From assembly GCA_965213925.1 (NCBI GenBank), contig OZ243927.1:2048001-2112000 (forward strand): 64,000 nucleotides of DNA. Reading direction: 5' to 3'. Position 1 is the first letter of the stretch; every line of letters starts with the position of its first letter. The position numbers and the translations under genes were made by a program. Below are positions 18,613 to 28,836 of the stretch, piece by piece. The DNA comes from Trueperaceae bacterium. GTDB lineage: Bacteria > Deinococcota > Deinococci > Deinococcales > Trueperaceae. The notes beneath the pieces are model-generated. The model was not told the DNA's origin. It did no database searches and worked only from the letters and a program-made list of their open reading frames with translations.

Positions 18613-20501
18613 TGGCTCGCGAAGAGGTCAGGGCGGGGCGTGTACCCGAGACAGAGAGGTTGGACCCGAAGCGTTCAACCTCTTTACCGCGTCTTGCAAG
18701 GGTTCCCTGGCGGCTCGGCTTGCTCGCGGCGTTCCTCGTCTTTTTAGCGGTTGCGCCCTGGATTCTTTCACCCTTTTACGTCACGCTCCTCAACTTCATC
18801 GGCATGTACAGCATGGTGGTGATGGGGCTCGTCTTACTCACTGGGTATGCGGGGCTCGCGTCTTTGGGGCAAGCGGCGTTCATGGGCGTCGGGGCGTACG
18901 CGGCGGCAATTCTCTCGAGTCGCTTCGGCTTAAACCCCTGGCTCGGCATCCTGAGCGGCGTCGTCTTATCCTCACTCGTCGCGTGGCTTATCGGGCTCAT
19001 CACCTTGCGGCTCAAAGGGCACTTCTTGGCGCTCGCCACGCTCGCTTGGGGCATTGTCATCACCGGGATTTTGCGCAACTGGATTGAGGTCACAGGTGGC
19101 AACACGGGCTACGGCATCGGCGCGGCGCAGCGGATTCCGGCTTTGAGCGTGTTCGGCTTCTCGTTCCGCGACGAGCGGTTTTACTACTACCTCGTGTGGG
19201 GCTGTGCGCTGCTCGTGCTTGTCCTGTCGCTCAATTTGATGCGCTCACGCACCGGACGCGCCATCAAGTCGCTCCGCACGGGCGCGGTGGCGGCGGCGTC
19301 TTTTGGCGTGGACGTGGCGCAGCTCAAGATGCTCTCATTCGTGCTGGCGGCGGCGTTTGCGGCGCTTGCGGGCGGGCTCTTCGCGCACCTCTTCCGCTTC
19401 GTCAGCCCGAACCCGTTTGACCTCAATCAGTCGATCGACTTTTTGATCATGGCTGTCGTGGGTGGGCTCAGCAGTTTGTGGGGGGCGATTTTTGGGGCGG
19501 GGCTCTTCGTCGTGTTCGAAGAGGTGTTGCAAGAGACCTTGCCACAACTCATCGGGCGAAGTGGTAATTACGAGATTATCGCGTTTGGCTTCGTGCTGAT
19601 TTTGGTGTTGCACCGGGCGCGGCGCGGGCTGTTACCTCTGCTAAACGGCTTTTTGCCGACGCCGCCACCCGAGCCTGTTCGTAAGGCGGAGCCGTTACCT
19701 TCTCGCAAGAAAACCTCGAGCCAACAGCGTCAGCAAGGGGTGCGAGAGCCGCTTTTAGAACTCTCCAACGTCTCTAAAGTCTTTGGGGGTCTGAGAGCGG
19801 TAGACACCCTCTCGTTCAGGTTAGAACAAGGCGCAATCTTGGGGCTCATCGGTCCGAACGGGGCGGGCAAGACGACAGTGTTCAACCTCATCACAGGCGT
19901 ATTGCAACCTTCTGAGGGCGAGATTCGCTTTGGTGCTCAGAAGATAAGCCATTTGCCGCCCCACAAAATCGCCCGGCGGGGGCTCGCTCGCACCTTTCAG
20001 CATCTCAACCTCATCAGCAACATGAGTCTTTTAGAAAATGTTGCGCTGGGCGGCTACACGCGCACCTCTTCGAACTTTGTGCAGGGAATGTTAGGGCTCG
20101 AGCGCCGTGAAAATGCCCGAACGAGAGCAGAGGCGCTGCGGCAGTTGGAGCGCGTCGGTCTAGCAGAGAACGCCTTCGACACCGCCGGCAGTTTACCTCT
20201 TGGCAAACAGCGGCTTTTAGAGGTTGCGCGGGCGCTCATGGCGGACCCCGAACTCCTACTTTTGGATGAACCCGCCGCCGGGCTCCGCAAACACGAAAAA
20301 ACGGAGCTGATGACGCTCATCCGCAAGCTGCAAAACGAGGGCATCACCGTGCTCATCGTCGAGCACGATATGGATTTGGTGATGGCGTTAGCCGAGCGCA
20401 TTGTAGTGATGAACTACGGAACGAAGCTCGCCGAGGGAACGCCCGCCGAGGTGCGGCGCGACCCGCAAGTGCTGGAGGCGTATTTAGGAGCGGATGCGTG
20501 A
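18612..20501 (+). CDS. Fused ABC permease/ATPase (LivM-LivG)
   Basis: N-terminal TM domain (SLGQAAF), GPNGAGKT, LLLLDEP. Confidence 0.92.
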   Translation: MAREEVRAGRVPETERLDPKRSTSLPRLARVPWRLGLLAAFLVFLAVAPWILSPFYVTLLNFIGMYSMVVMGLVLLTGYAGLASLGQAAFMGVGAYAAAILSSRFGLNPWLGILSGVVLSSLVAWLIGLITLRLKGHFLALATLAWGIVITGILRNWIEVTGGNTGYGIGAAQRIPALSVFGFSFRDERFYYYLVWGCALLVLVLSLNLMRSRTGRAIKSLRTGAVAAASFGVDVAQLKMLSFVLAAAFAALAGGLFAHLFRFVSPNPFDLNQSIDFLIMAVVGGLSSLWGAIFGAGLFVVFEEVLQETLPQLIGRSGNYEIIAFGFVLILVLHRARRGLLPLLNGFLPTPPPEPVRKAEPLPSRKKTSSQQRQQGVREPLLELSNVSKVFGGLRAVDTLSFRLEQGAILGLIGPNGAGKTTVFNLITGVLQPSEGEIRFGAQKISHLPPHKIARRGLARTFQHLNLISNMSLLENVALGGYTRTSSNFVQGMLGLERRENARTRAEALRQLERVGLAENAFDTAGSLPLGKQRLLEVARALMADPELLLLDEPAAGLRKHEKTELMTLIRKLQNEGITVLIVEHDMDLVMALAERIVVMNYGTKLAEGTPAEVRRDPQVLEAYLGADA

Positions 20502-21244
20502 GCCGTCAGCGGGAACCTCGAGCCGACGCTGTTTTAGAGGTTGATGACCTGAGCGTTCGTTACGGCGGCGTACAGGCGCTCTCCAACGTCTCGCTAAGTG
20601 TGAAAAAGGGCGAACTCGTGACCGTCATCGGCGCGAACGGGGCGGGGAAGACGAGCCTTTTGAACGCGGTGATGGGCATTGTTCCTAAGCACGAGGGTCA
20701 CGTCACCTACGCGGGTGAAGACATCAGCCGCGCTGTACCCGAAGGCTTGGTGGAAAAAGGCATTACCCTCGTTCCCGAGCGGCGCGAACTCTTCGCGGCG
20801 CTATCCGTCGAGGATAATTTGCGTTTGGGTGCGTTCCACCGTTTTCGCAAGCGCGATAAAGATATTAAAGGAGATTTGGCGCAGGTCTACGACACCTTCC
20901 CGCGCCTTGCGGAGCGCAAAAAACAGCTCGCCGGGACGATGTCGGGCGGCGAACAGCAGATGCTCGCGGTCGGGCGAGCGGTGATGAGTCGGCCGCAGCT
21001 TCTCCTCCTGGACGAGCCGAGCTTGGGGCTCGCGCCCCTCATCGTCAAAGAGATTTTCCGGGTCGTTGAAGAACTAAAAGCTGGGGGCGTTACCGTTTTA
21101 CTCATCGAACAAAACGCGAAAGCGGCGCTGAGGTTAGCGGATTATGGGTACTTGCTCGAGACCGGCGAGGTCGTCCTCGGCGCGCCCGCCGCTGAACTCG
21201 CGAACCACGAGCGGGTGGCGGAGGCGTACCTCGGTCTGTCGTGA
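20498..21244 (+). CDS. ABC ATPase (LivF-like)
   Basis: GANGAGKT, MSGGEQQM, LDEPSLGLAP. Confidence 0.93.
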   Translation: MSRQREPRADAVLEVDDLSVRYGGVQALSNVSLSVKKGELVTVIGANGAGKTSLLNAVMGIVPKHEGHVTYAGEDISRAVPEGLVEKGITLVPERRELFAALSVEDNLRLGAFHRFRKRDKDIKGDLAQVYDTFPRLAERKKQLAGTMSGGEQQMLAVGRAVMSRPQLLLLDEPSLGLAPLIVKEIFRVVEELKAGGVTVLLIEQNAKAALRLADYGYLLETGEVVLGAPAAELANHERVAEAYLGLS

Positions 21245-21309
21245 GCACAAGTCTAGCGCTGCCTAGCTCATATTTGCGTCCCTCGGCGCGTTCCGTTTAT
21301 CATCTAAAG

Positions 21310-21465
21310 ATGTCTGTAGAGCTTATTTTATGGTTTGTAGGCTGCTTGGTGTTTCTACTGCTCCTCTTTGTGGCGCGTCCTTACATCTTGCAAAATCACG
21401 ATGACGACGAGCTAGAAACGCGCGACGAACCCTACGAGCGCGACTCAGCCGATACGCCATCCTAG
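21310..21465 (+). CDS. Small single-pass membrane protein
   Basis: MSVELILWFVGCLVFLLLLFVAR hydrophobic helix plus acidic tail. Confidence 0.45.
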   Translation: MSVELILWFVGCLVFLLLLFVARPYILQNHDDDELETRDEPYERDSADTPS

Positions 21466-21939
21466 CGCCCTGAAGTCGGCTCCTTCGCGGATAGACTGGG
21501 GCAAATCCGCCAGCGTCATCGCCGTTTGCGCGGCGACCGTCCCGCCTGGCAGGGTCAACTCGCCGACCGCTTTGCCGAGGCGTCCGCGCAGCCTTAAGGC
21601 GCGTCCGGTAAGGCGCAGCGGGGTGTCCGTCGGAACGGGATGGCGGAACTTGACCTCGAGCTTGACCGAGACCATGAAGCGGTGGTGGTCGCCGATCATC
21701 GCGACGCGCCCCACGCACTCGTCGAGCATCGCCGTGACGATGCCGCCGTGGACTAAACCGGGGTAGCTCCCGTAAAACTCAGGCACGGAGGTTTCCGCGT
21801 AGACCTCGTCTATGCCGTTGTCGAAAAAGGTCATCCGGAGACCTACCGGGTTGTGCCGCCCGCAGATAAAACAGGTGTCGGAGTTGGGTTGTTGGAAGGG
21901 GTGTTCACGTTGCGATTCTGCGTGGAGGCGTCCAGACAT
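21445..21939 (-). CDS. PaaI-family hot-dog thioesterase
   Basis: CFICG..NP.GL, HGG...AMLDE motifs. Confidence 0.88.
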   Translation of the reverse strand: MSGRLHAESQREHPFQQPNSDTCFICGRHNPVGLRMTFFDNGIDEVYAETSVPEFYGSYPGLVHGGIVTAMLDECVGRVAMIGDHHRFMVSVKLEVKFRHPVPTDTPLRLTGRALRLRGRLGKAVGELTLPGGTVAAQTAMTLADLPQSIREGADFRALGWRIG

Positions 21940-22057
21940 AGCCTCTAACCTAACCTAAAATGAGGCGCGGCGAGAAGGGTTAGCCGACTTCGTAGCGATA
22001 ACTGTAAAGAAGCGCGCAGAGGGTGAAGAAGTTTCTCGCTGAAATACTGACGTACGT

Positions 22058-23620
22058 TTACTCCCACTCGATGGTCCCCGGCGGCTTGCTCGTAATATCG
22101 AACACCACGCGGTTCACCTCCGGAACGCTGTTCACGATGCGGTTGGAGACGGTCGCTAAGAAGTCGTGCGGCAGGCGTGTCCAGTCGGCGGTCATGCCGT
22201 CAGAACTTGAGACCGCTCTAAGCGCCACTGTGTTCGCGTAGGTGCGTCCGTCGCCCATCACTCCAACCGAGCGAATCGGCGTCAAGACCGCCAAAGCTTG
22301 CCACGTTTCGTCGTAAAGCCCGAATTCGTGTAAGCCGCTGATAAAGATGTCGTCCACGCGCCGCAAGACCTCTAAGCGCTCCTTTGTGACCTCGCCGATG
22401 CAGCGAATCGCCAAGCCGGGACCGGGAAAGGGGTGGCGTCCCGAGAGGTGCGGCGGCAGCCCGAGGACGCCCGCGAGTTCGCGCACCTCATCTTTGAAGA
22501 GCGTGCGGAAAGGTTCCAAGAGCTTGAAGTTCAGCTCTTTGGGCAAGCCGCCGACGTTGTGGTGGCTTTTGATGTTCGCCGCGCCGCCTGCGCTTCCTTG
22601 TTTATTGTGTCCCCCTGCTGACTCGATCACATCGGGGTAGAGCGTCCCCTGCGCCAAAAAGGTCAGCTCGCCCTGCGCCGCCTGCTTCTTCGCTTCGGCG
22701 CTAAAGACTTCGATGAATTCACGTCCGATGATCTTGCGCTTCTGTTCAGGGTCGGTGACGCCTCCGAGTGCGTCTAAAAACCGCTCCGACGCCTCTACGA
22801 CCGTTAGGTTGACGCCCAAACTGCGTAGCGCCGTCTCTACCTCTTCCGCTTCGCCCACGCGCAAAAGCCCGTGGTCGACGAAAACAGCCGCAAGCTGGTC
22901 GCCGATGGCTCGGTTTAAGAGGAGACCTAAGGTGCTCGAGTCGACCCCGCCCGAAATCCCCAAAAGCACGCGCTCGCTTCCGACTTCCTCGCGCACGGCT
23001 TGGATCATAGTTTCTAAGATGCTTTCCGGTGTCCAGTCTCTAGGGACGCCCGTTTTGCGCACGAAATTTTCCAACAAAAGGTCGCCTTTCGGCGTATGGC
23101 GCACCTCCGGGTGAAACTGGATGCCGTAAAGACGCCGCGACGGGTTTTCCATCGCCGCGACGGGCGTGTCGCTCGTGCTCGCGACCCCCTCGAAACCCGG
23201 CGGCAGTTCGCTCACCGAGTCGCCGTGGCTCATCCAGGCGACGAAGTCGCCCTCGATACCCTTAAAGAGGTCGCCGCGATAACGCTCTAACGTCGCCTTG
23301 CCGTACTCGCGCACCGAACTCGGCGTAACCGCGCCGCCGGTCTCTTTCGCGACGAGCTGCATCCCGTAGCAGATGGCAAGTATAGGCAAGTCCGCCTCTA
23401 AAAGCCCGGCGGGAAGCCCCGGCGCGCCGGAGTCGTAAACGCTATTCGGACCGCCCGAGAGGATGACGCCTTTGGGGTTGTGCGTCTGAATCGTCTCTAA
23501 GAAGGTTCGCGCGCTTAAAATGACCGAATAGACGTTCAGTTCGCGCAGCCGCCGCGCGATGAGCCGCGTGTACTGCGAGCCGTAGTCGAGGACGATGATG
23601 CTGGAGGGGGTGCTTGCCAT
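22058..23620 (-). CDS. guaA: GMP synthase (glutamine-hydrolysing)
   Basis: [43 protein letters not shown]. Confidence 0.98.
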   Translation of the reverse strand: MASTPSSIIVLDYGSQYTRLIARRLRELNVYSVILSARTFLETIQTHNPKGVILSGGPNSVYDSGAPGLPAGLLEADLPILAICYGMQLVAKETGGAVTPSSVREYGKATLERYRGDLFKGIEGDFVAWMSHGDSVSELPPGFEGVASTSDTPVAAMENPSRRLYGIQFHPEVRHTPKGDLLLENFVRKTGVPRDWTPESILETMIQAVREEVGSERVLLGISGGVDSSTLGLLLNRAIGDQLAAVFVDHGLLRVGEAEEVETALRSLGVNLTVVEASERFLDALGGVTDPEQKRKIIGREFIEVFSAEAKKQAAQGELTFLAQGTLYPDVIESAGGHNKQGSAGGAANIKSHHNVGGLPKELNFKLLEPFRTLFKDEVRELAGVLGLPPHLSGRHPFPGPGLAIRCIGEVTKERLEVLRRVDDIFISGLHEFGLYDETWQALAVLTPIRSVGVMGDGRTYANTVALRAVSSSDGMTADWTRLPHDFLATVSNRIVNSVPEVNRVVFDITSKPPGTIEWE

Positions 23621-23678
23621 GCGGCTTACTATAACGTCTCGGGTGGTGAGGCGTCAGAGTGAAGTCGAGCACGTTTGG

Positions 23679-25058
23679 TTACTCAGCGCTCTTCGCGGTA
23701 GGCACGTCCAACCAAGGAACGCTAAAAGTTACGGTGCGCTCTTCGGGCACGCGCACCTCTTGAACGTCGGAAAGCCGCCCGTCCACCTGCGCCTGGAGCC
23801 GCCACAGCCCCGTCCGGTCGAGCACGGCGGAGCCCGGCACGACGCTCACGGGGCGCGCCAAGGGCAAAGAAGACCCTGCCGGGCTCTCGACGACGAACAG
23901 TTCAGCTTGCACGTTCGCCGGGATGACCTCGACGCGGATGAGGTAGCTGCCACTTTGAGTTTGACCTGTGCCGGTGACGATGCTTGCGAACGTCGTCAGC
24001 GCCGCGCCTGCGCCCGCCGTTACCCTTTCGCCCAGCCCCGCCCCCGCCGCGCGGCCCAGCGCCTCGCTCACGGACGCGCTGAGCGTATCTCGGTTAAAGA
24101 GCGCGAGCGCGCCGAGGACCAAAAGACCGATGAGTAGGGCGATGAGTAGGACCGTGCGGCGTCCCCTAGCGCCCCTGCGCGGCGGTCGTTCGTCGATCTC
24201 GCCGCCGAATCCGAAGAGGTCGTCATCACCTGCGACGTCAGAAGTTTGGTGTGCAGCTTGATTTGTCCCTGCCGCGTCGCCTTGCGGCGCACCCCGTTCG
24301 CGCTTCGTCCCGCTCGAGGCGGACGTATAGGCGGATACGAAGGGGTTACGCGCAAACGTCTTCTCTTTCGGCTCGGCGAAGTCCAAGTTGTCGAAAGGGG
24401 ACGCCTCCGCCGCTTCCGCCGCAGGCTCACCGGGCTGGACGATCTGCTTATAGATCGTTTCGGCGTTCGGTCTATACTTAGGGTCAGCGTTCAGGCACGC
24501 GGTGATCATCTCGCTCAGTTCACCGGGAAGATGCCGCCCCGCTAAAAACTGCACGGTGCGCGCCCACGAGAAGACGTCGGCTGGAGCCGACGCGCCGCCG
24601 ATGCGTTCGGGCGCACTGAATTCCGAGCCAGCGTCCCAGGTGGTCCAAGGGACGCCGTACCCTTCCACCATCACGTGATCGTTCGCCTTCAAAAAACGCT
24701 TGGGGCGCAAATCGCCGTGGACGACACTCGTTCTAGCTGCGTCATAAAGCGCCGTCGCGCTGTCACGCAGCAGCCCCGCGACCTCATGCGCTCCGACGCT
24801 TTCGCTTAGGGGCTCATACCCCTTCGCGTACGCGACGACGAGTTGCCCGCGCCCGCTCTCTACCGTCGAGGTCAGAATGGTCGGGATCGCCTCAGACTTT
24901 AGCTCGCCGACTTTCGCCGTGGGTCTGCCCGCGAACCTGTAAATTAGTACGGGCAGCCCCGTCAGCGGGTCTAAACCGTGAAAGGTCTTGACCGCCTCGT
25001 GGTCGGCGAAGAGCCGCTGCGGTTGATAGCGCGCGACCTGGGTCATAGACACGTCCAT
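23679..25058 (-). CDS. Membrane-anchored Ser/Thr kinase-like protein (probable pseudokinase)
   Basis: HGDLRP, APE, DVFSW, P..RP motifs; TM at RTVLLIALL...; no clear VAIK/DFG. Confidence 0.7.
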   Translation of the reverse strand: MDVSMTQVARYQPQRLFADHEAVKTFHGLDPLTGLPVLIYRFAGRPTAKVGELKSEAIPTILTSTVESGRGQLVVAYAKGYEPLSESVGAHEVAGLLRDSATALYDAARTSVVHGDLRPKRFLKANDHVMVEGYGVPWTTWDAGSEFSAPERIGGASAPADVFSWARTVQFLAGRHLPGELSEMITACLNADPKYRPNAETIYKQIVQPGEPAAEAAEASPFDNLDFAEPKEKTFARNPFVSAYTSASSGTKRERGAPQGDAAGTNQAAHQTSDVAGDDDLFGFGGEIDERPPRRGARGRRTVLLIALLIGLLVLGALALFNRDTLSASVSEALGRAAGAGLGERVTAGAGAALTTFASIVTGTGQTQSGSYLIRVEVIPANVQAELFVVESPAGSSLPLARPVSVVPGSAVLDRTGLWRLQAQVDGRLSDVQEVRVPEERTVTFSVPWLDVPTAKSAE

Positions 25059-25300
25059 GATGTGTAAAATTGATGCACGCTTAAAGTATACCCGGAAAAG
25101 GGTGAAGATTTTTATAGACGCGCCGTTTTGAGGTTCTGTGGACGAGTTTGGACGGTTGAGGGGGTGAGAATTGAGAAGGGAAAATTAAAAGGCGCAGTCT
25201 CTTGTTCTTCTCTCTACCTCAGCTTCTGTGTTCAGCTTTTGTCCCGTACTTGGGTTTTCGGCGCAAAGCGTGGGACGCCGGGACAACGCGAGTGCAGGCG

Positions 25301-26143
25301 CTACATCCACCTTTTGCGCCGCTTATACGATTTAATGTTCTTAAACGACTTGCGAGTTTCTCCTTCACCCATCCCCATGTAGAACTCTTTCACGTCGGGG
25401 TTGTTTTTAAGCTGCGCCGCGCTGCCCTCTAACACGATGCGCCCTCCCTCCATGACGTAACCATAGTCAGCGATGCCTAGAGCGACGTTCGCGTTCTGCT
25501 CCACGACTAAAATCGTCGTGCCCGCTTCATTGACCTTTTTGATGCGTTCGAAAATGTCTTTGACCAAGAGCGGCGCAAGTCCTAAACTCGGCTCGTCTAA
25601 AAGGAGCAGCTTGGGCGCAGCCATCAGCGCTCGCCCGATCGCGATCATCTGCTGCTCGCCGCCGCTCGTATAGCCCGCTTGCCGGGCGCGCAAGTCATAA
25701 AGGCGCGGGAAAATCTCGTAGATGTGCGCTAGCTCCTCTTTGATCTTCACATCGCGCCGCGTAATCGAGCCGACCCGCAAGTTCTCCTCCACCGAGAGGT
25801 GCTTAAAGACGCGTCGCCCCTCGGGAACCTGCACGACGCCCTTCTTAACGATGCGTTGTCCCGTGAGGTGATGCGTTTCGTCGCCTTCAAACGTGATGTA
25901 GCCCTCGCGCACCTCGCCGTTTTCAGGCTTTAAGAGACCGGAAATCGCGCGGAGCGTGGTGGTTTTGCCTGCGCCGTTCGTGCCTAAAAGCGCGACGACC
26001 TTACCTCTCGGTACCGCAATAGAGACGCCGCGCAGGACCTGGACGATGTCGTGATAGACGACCTCGATGTTGTTCACAAAGAGCTGAATTTCGCCTAAGT
26101 CTTGGGGGCGCGTAGGGGCGCGGCTCTCTACAGCTTCGGTCAT
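25301..26143 (-). CDS. ABC ATPase (LivF-like)
   Basis: GTNGAGKT, SGGEQQM, C-terminal KSYKRRKRW; start approximated. Confidence 0.92.
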   Translation of the reverse strand: MTEAVESRAPTRPQDLGEIQLFVNNIEVVYHDIVQVLRGVSIAVPRGKVVALLGTNGAGKTTTLRAISGLLKPENGEVREGYITFEGDETHHLTGQRIVKKGVVQVPEGRRVFKHLSVEENLRVGSITRRDVKIKEELAHIYEIFPRLYDLRARQAGYTSGGEQQMIAIGRALMAAPKLLLLDEPSLGLAPLLVKDIFERIKKVNEAGTTILVVEQNANVALGIADYGYVMEGGRIVLEGSAAQLKNNPDVKEFYMGMGEGETRKSFKNIKSYKRRKRWM

Positions 26144-26219
26144 AAAAATCCAATCAAGATAGGCAGTTCGTTGAGTTAATTCAAGCGTCATATTCAAATA
26201 CATGCGAATCTGACGCGGC

Positions 26220-26247
26220 GTAGGGGTGATTCATGAATCACCCCTAC
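26220..26247. repeat. GTAG-type REP-like perfect palindrome
   Basis: GTAGGGGTGATTCATGAATCACCCCTAC (28 bp); related copy at 58343. Confidence 0.8.
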
Positions 26248-26254
26248 ATCACGT

Positions 26255-27463
26255 TTAATTCGACGAGCGAATCTCCGAGAAGGTTTCAGATTGATACGGC
26301 TCGGTCATCGGCACGAATTCGCCGTCTTCGACCTGTAAGAGACGCAGGGCGTCCACACCGACGTGGTCATCTTCGGCGAAAGAGACGGGGGAAACGCCGA
26401 AGCCAGAATCATACGCGCCTTCGGCTTCGTCGTTCATCGCCAGCAGTTCCTCGTAGATCGTCTGCGAGTCCACCTCGTCGCCGCGTTCAGCAACGCGCCG
26501 CGCCGCTTCGATATAGATGGCGGCTTGCATCAAGCCCGTCGTGTAGTTTACGTCCTGAATGGACTCCTCGCTGCGTCCGTAGCGCTCGCCGATCTCGCGC
26601 TGGAGCTGCATCCCTGGAGTGTCTTCGCTTTCTAACTGAAAGCTCGTCGCCCACAAAAATCCCTCGGCTGCCCCCCCTGCCAAGCTCGTCAAGGTGGAGC
26701 CGCCCGTGTAGTGTGCCCCTAAAAAGGTCATCGAGTCCAATAGCCCTAACGCCTGCGCCGAATTGAGCATCGCCGCGACGGGAGACTGCACCGTCTGACT
26801 GATCACGTACTCGACGCCGCCCGCGTTCCACCGTTGCAACGTCGCGGTGTAGTCCGTACCTTCGCCGTGCTCTTGCACGCCGACGATTTCAATGCCTAGG
26901 GTCTCCGCCGCCGCCTGCGCGTCCTCGACGGGCGCGCGCCCGAAGGGGCTGGGATGCGCGAGGATCGCGACTCTAGGCGGTCCGTCGCCCTCGTGGTTCT
27001 CCGCAATCCAGTCCATCAGCGCGACGACCTGTTCGCTATACGAGGTGATCGGCAAGAAGTTGTAGGCGTTGTCGGGCGGGTTGATCACGCCGATATGGAG
27101 GCTCGCCGAGATCATCGGCATCTCTTCTTCCACAGCGTTGAGTTTAAGCTGCAAAGTCGCGCCCGTCGCATACGAGATAAAGGCGTCCATGTCTTCGTCT
27201 AGGTACGACTCGAAGTTGCGGAGCGTATTGTCGTTATTGTAACCGTCGTCGTTGACTAGACATTCGACCGTCGCGTCGGGGATGAGGTTCTCTTCGTTGG
27301 CGTAGCGGCAGTAGTCCTGTACCGCCTCGAAGACGAAGCGCCCGGCGTCCGAGGTGGGCCCGGTGACTGCGCCCGACCAACCGATGACGACCTCGTTCTG
27401 GGCGTGGCTCAGCCCGAGCAGGGCGCAGAGGAGGGTGAGTAGGGCTAGTTTAGCTCGTTTCAT
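26255..27463 (-). CDS. Liv-type ABC substrate-binding protein (acyl-CoA ligase-associated)
   Basis: AAGGAG RBS, MKR signal peptide SHA-Q, TGPTSD motif. Confidence 0.88.
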   Translation of the reverse strand: MKRAKLALLTLLCALLGLSHAQNEVVIGWSGAVTGPTSDAGRFVFEAVQDYCRYANEENLIPDATVECLVNDDGYNNDNTLRNFESYLDEDMDAFISYATGATLQLKLNAVEEEMPMISASLHIGVINPPDNAYNFLPITSYSEQVVALMDWIAENHEGDGPPRVAILAHPSPFGRAPVEDAQAAAETLGIEIVGVQEHGEGTDYTATLQRWNAGGVEYVISQTVQSPVAAMLNSAQALGLLDSMTFLGAHYTGGSTLTSLAGGAAEGFLWATSFQLESEDTPGMQLQREIGERYGRSEESIQDVNYTTGLMQAAIYIEAARRVAERGDEVDSQTIYEELLAMNDEAEGAYDSGFGVSPVSFAEDDHVGVDALRLLQVEDGEFVPMTEPYQSETFSEIRSSN

Positions 27464-27631
27464 TCTGTCTCCTTGTGGATAGAAAAGATGAATGACAGTG
27501 TGCAGCATGGTCTCTTTGAATACCTCTTTTAGTCGATAGCTCGAGCCACCTCCTCTAAAGGCTCCACAACGACTTGCAAGTCTCGACGTGCAGAGCGACC
27601 TCTTTGTTTTTAGTCCAGAAAGAGCATACCA

Positions 27632-28744
27632 TTAAAATTTGAAAGGCCACCGCTTGAAGTATTGACGAACAAGCCGCCACCAATTTGCCAGACCTCTCGG
27701 CTCGAAGATCAAAAACAGCACGATGATGAGCCCGAACACGGTAGGTCTCATCGCCGTGGTCACGTCGATGTTGCTGGGGAAAATCTGACCCAAGAGGCTC
27801 GAGAACTCCTCCACCCAAGGATCCAAAAAGAGAATGAAGGCAGGTCCGATGAGCGACCCCACCATCGTCCCTAACCCGCCCACAATCGCCATCGCTAAGA
27901 AGTCAATCGAGATACCGAGCGTAAACGACTCGACGATAGCGCTGCCGTTATAGAGCGTAAAGAGCGCGCCCGCCACACCCGCATAAAACCCGGCGATCGC
28001 AAACGCCATCACCTTTGTGCGCCCCGGCGCGATCCCCATCGCGTCCGCCGCCCGGTCGTTGTCGCGCACCGCGATGAGCGAACGCCCAAATTTACTTCGT
28101 AAAAGGTTACGCATACAAATCGCCATGAGCACCACTACGGCGAGCGCGAAGTAGTAGAAAAAAGGACCGATCGTAGACGAGCCGCTGATGCGCTCCCCGA
28201 AAAAGTCGATGCGCGGAATGCGGATGCTGCCCCCCTGATTGAGCCAGGGCGAATGTCCCACCGTCCAGGTAAAGATAATCTGGAAGGCGAGCGTCGAAAT
28301 CGCTAGGTAGAGATGCTTGAGCCGCAAACTCGGCAGCCCGACGAACGCGCCGAAGCCCGCCGCTACGAAGCCGCACATTGGTAAGAGCAGAATCACGTAC
28401 CAAAAGGGAATCGCGTCCTCAAAACCTAAAAGCGGCACCGCCAAATCTCGCGTCACCGTAATTGCCGTGTACGCCCCCACCCCCATAAACGCCGCTTGCC
28501 CGATCGAAATCTGCCCCGCGTACCCCGTCACCAAATTAAGCCCCATCACCGCCACCATGTATATAAGCGCCAAGTCGAAGAGCCGGAAGAGCGAACGTGA
28601 CATAAAAGGGAGTTGCGGCAAGATAAGGAGCGCGATGAGGAAAACGACTAAAGACGCCTCTTCGCTGTAAGTGGCAAAAATCGTCTGGTCTTCTTTGTAG
28701 CTTCTCCGGTAATTACCTGACTGGAACCAGCGATTAACGGCCAT
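27632..28744 (-). CDS. ABC permease (LivM-like)
   Basis: GYAGQISIGQAAF, AVRDND.AA.AMGI; start taken at MAVNRWF. Confidence 0.9.
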   Translation of the reverse strand: MAVNRWFQSGNYRRSYKEDQTIFATYSEEASLVVFLIALLILPQLPFMSRSLFRLFDLALIYMVAVMGLNLVTGYAGQISIGQAAFMGVGAYTAITVTRDLAVPLLGFEDAIPFWYVILLLPMCGFVAAGFGAFVGLPSLRLKHLYLAISTLAFQIIFTWTVGHSPWLNQGGSIRIPRIDFFGERISGSSTIGPFFYYFALAVVVLMAICMRNLLRSKFGRSLIAVRDNDRAADAMGIAPGRTKVMAFAIAGFYAGVAGALFTLYNGSAIVESFTLGISIDFLAMAIVGGLGTMVGSLIGPAFILFLDPWVEEFSSLLGQIFPSNIDVTTAMRPTVFGLIIVLFLIFEPRGLANWWRLVRQYFKRWPFKF

Positions 28745-28762
28745 GACGCGCTCCGCAGGGGC

Positions 28763-28825
28763 AGGACTGAGGGGAAAGGACTGAGGTGAAAGAGGAAAGT
28801 TTTTTCTCTTTTCCCTCAGTCCTTT
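28763..28825. repeat. Heptamer-derived hairpin repeat
   Basis: AAAGGACTGAGG...AGAGGAAAGTTTT...CCTCAGTCCTTT, homologous to 11799-11850. Confidence 0.65.
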
Positions 28826-28836
28826 CAACTTGCTTT

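Noticed and set aside
28745..28828. N-terminal extension of LivM-like ORF (FPLSPQSFPLSP)
   Set aside because: Translation of the intergenic heptamer repeat
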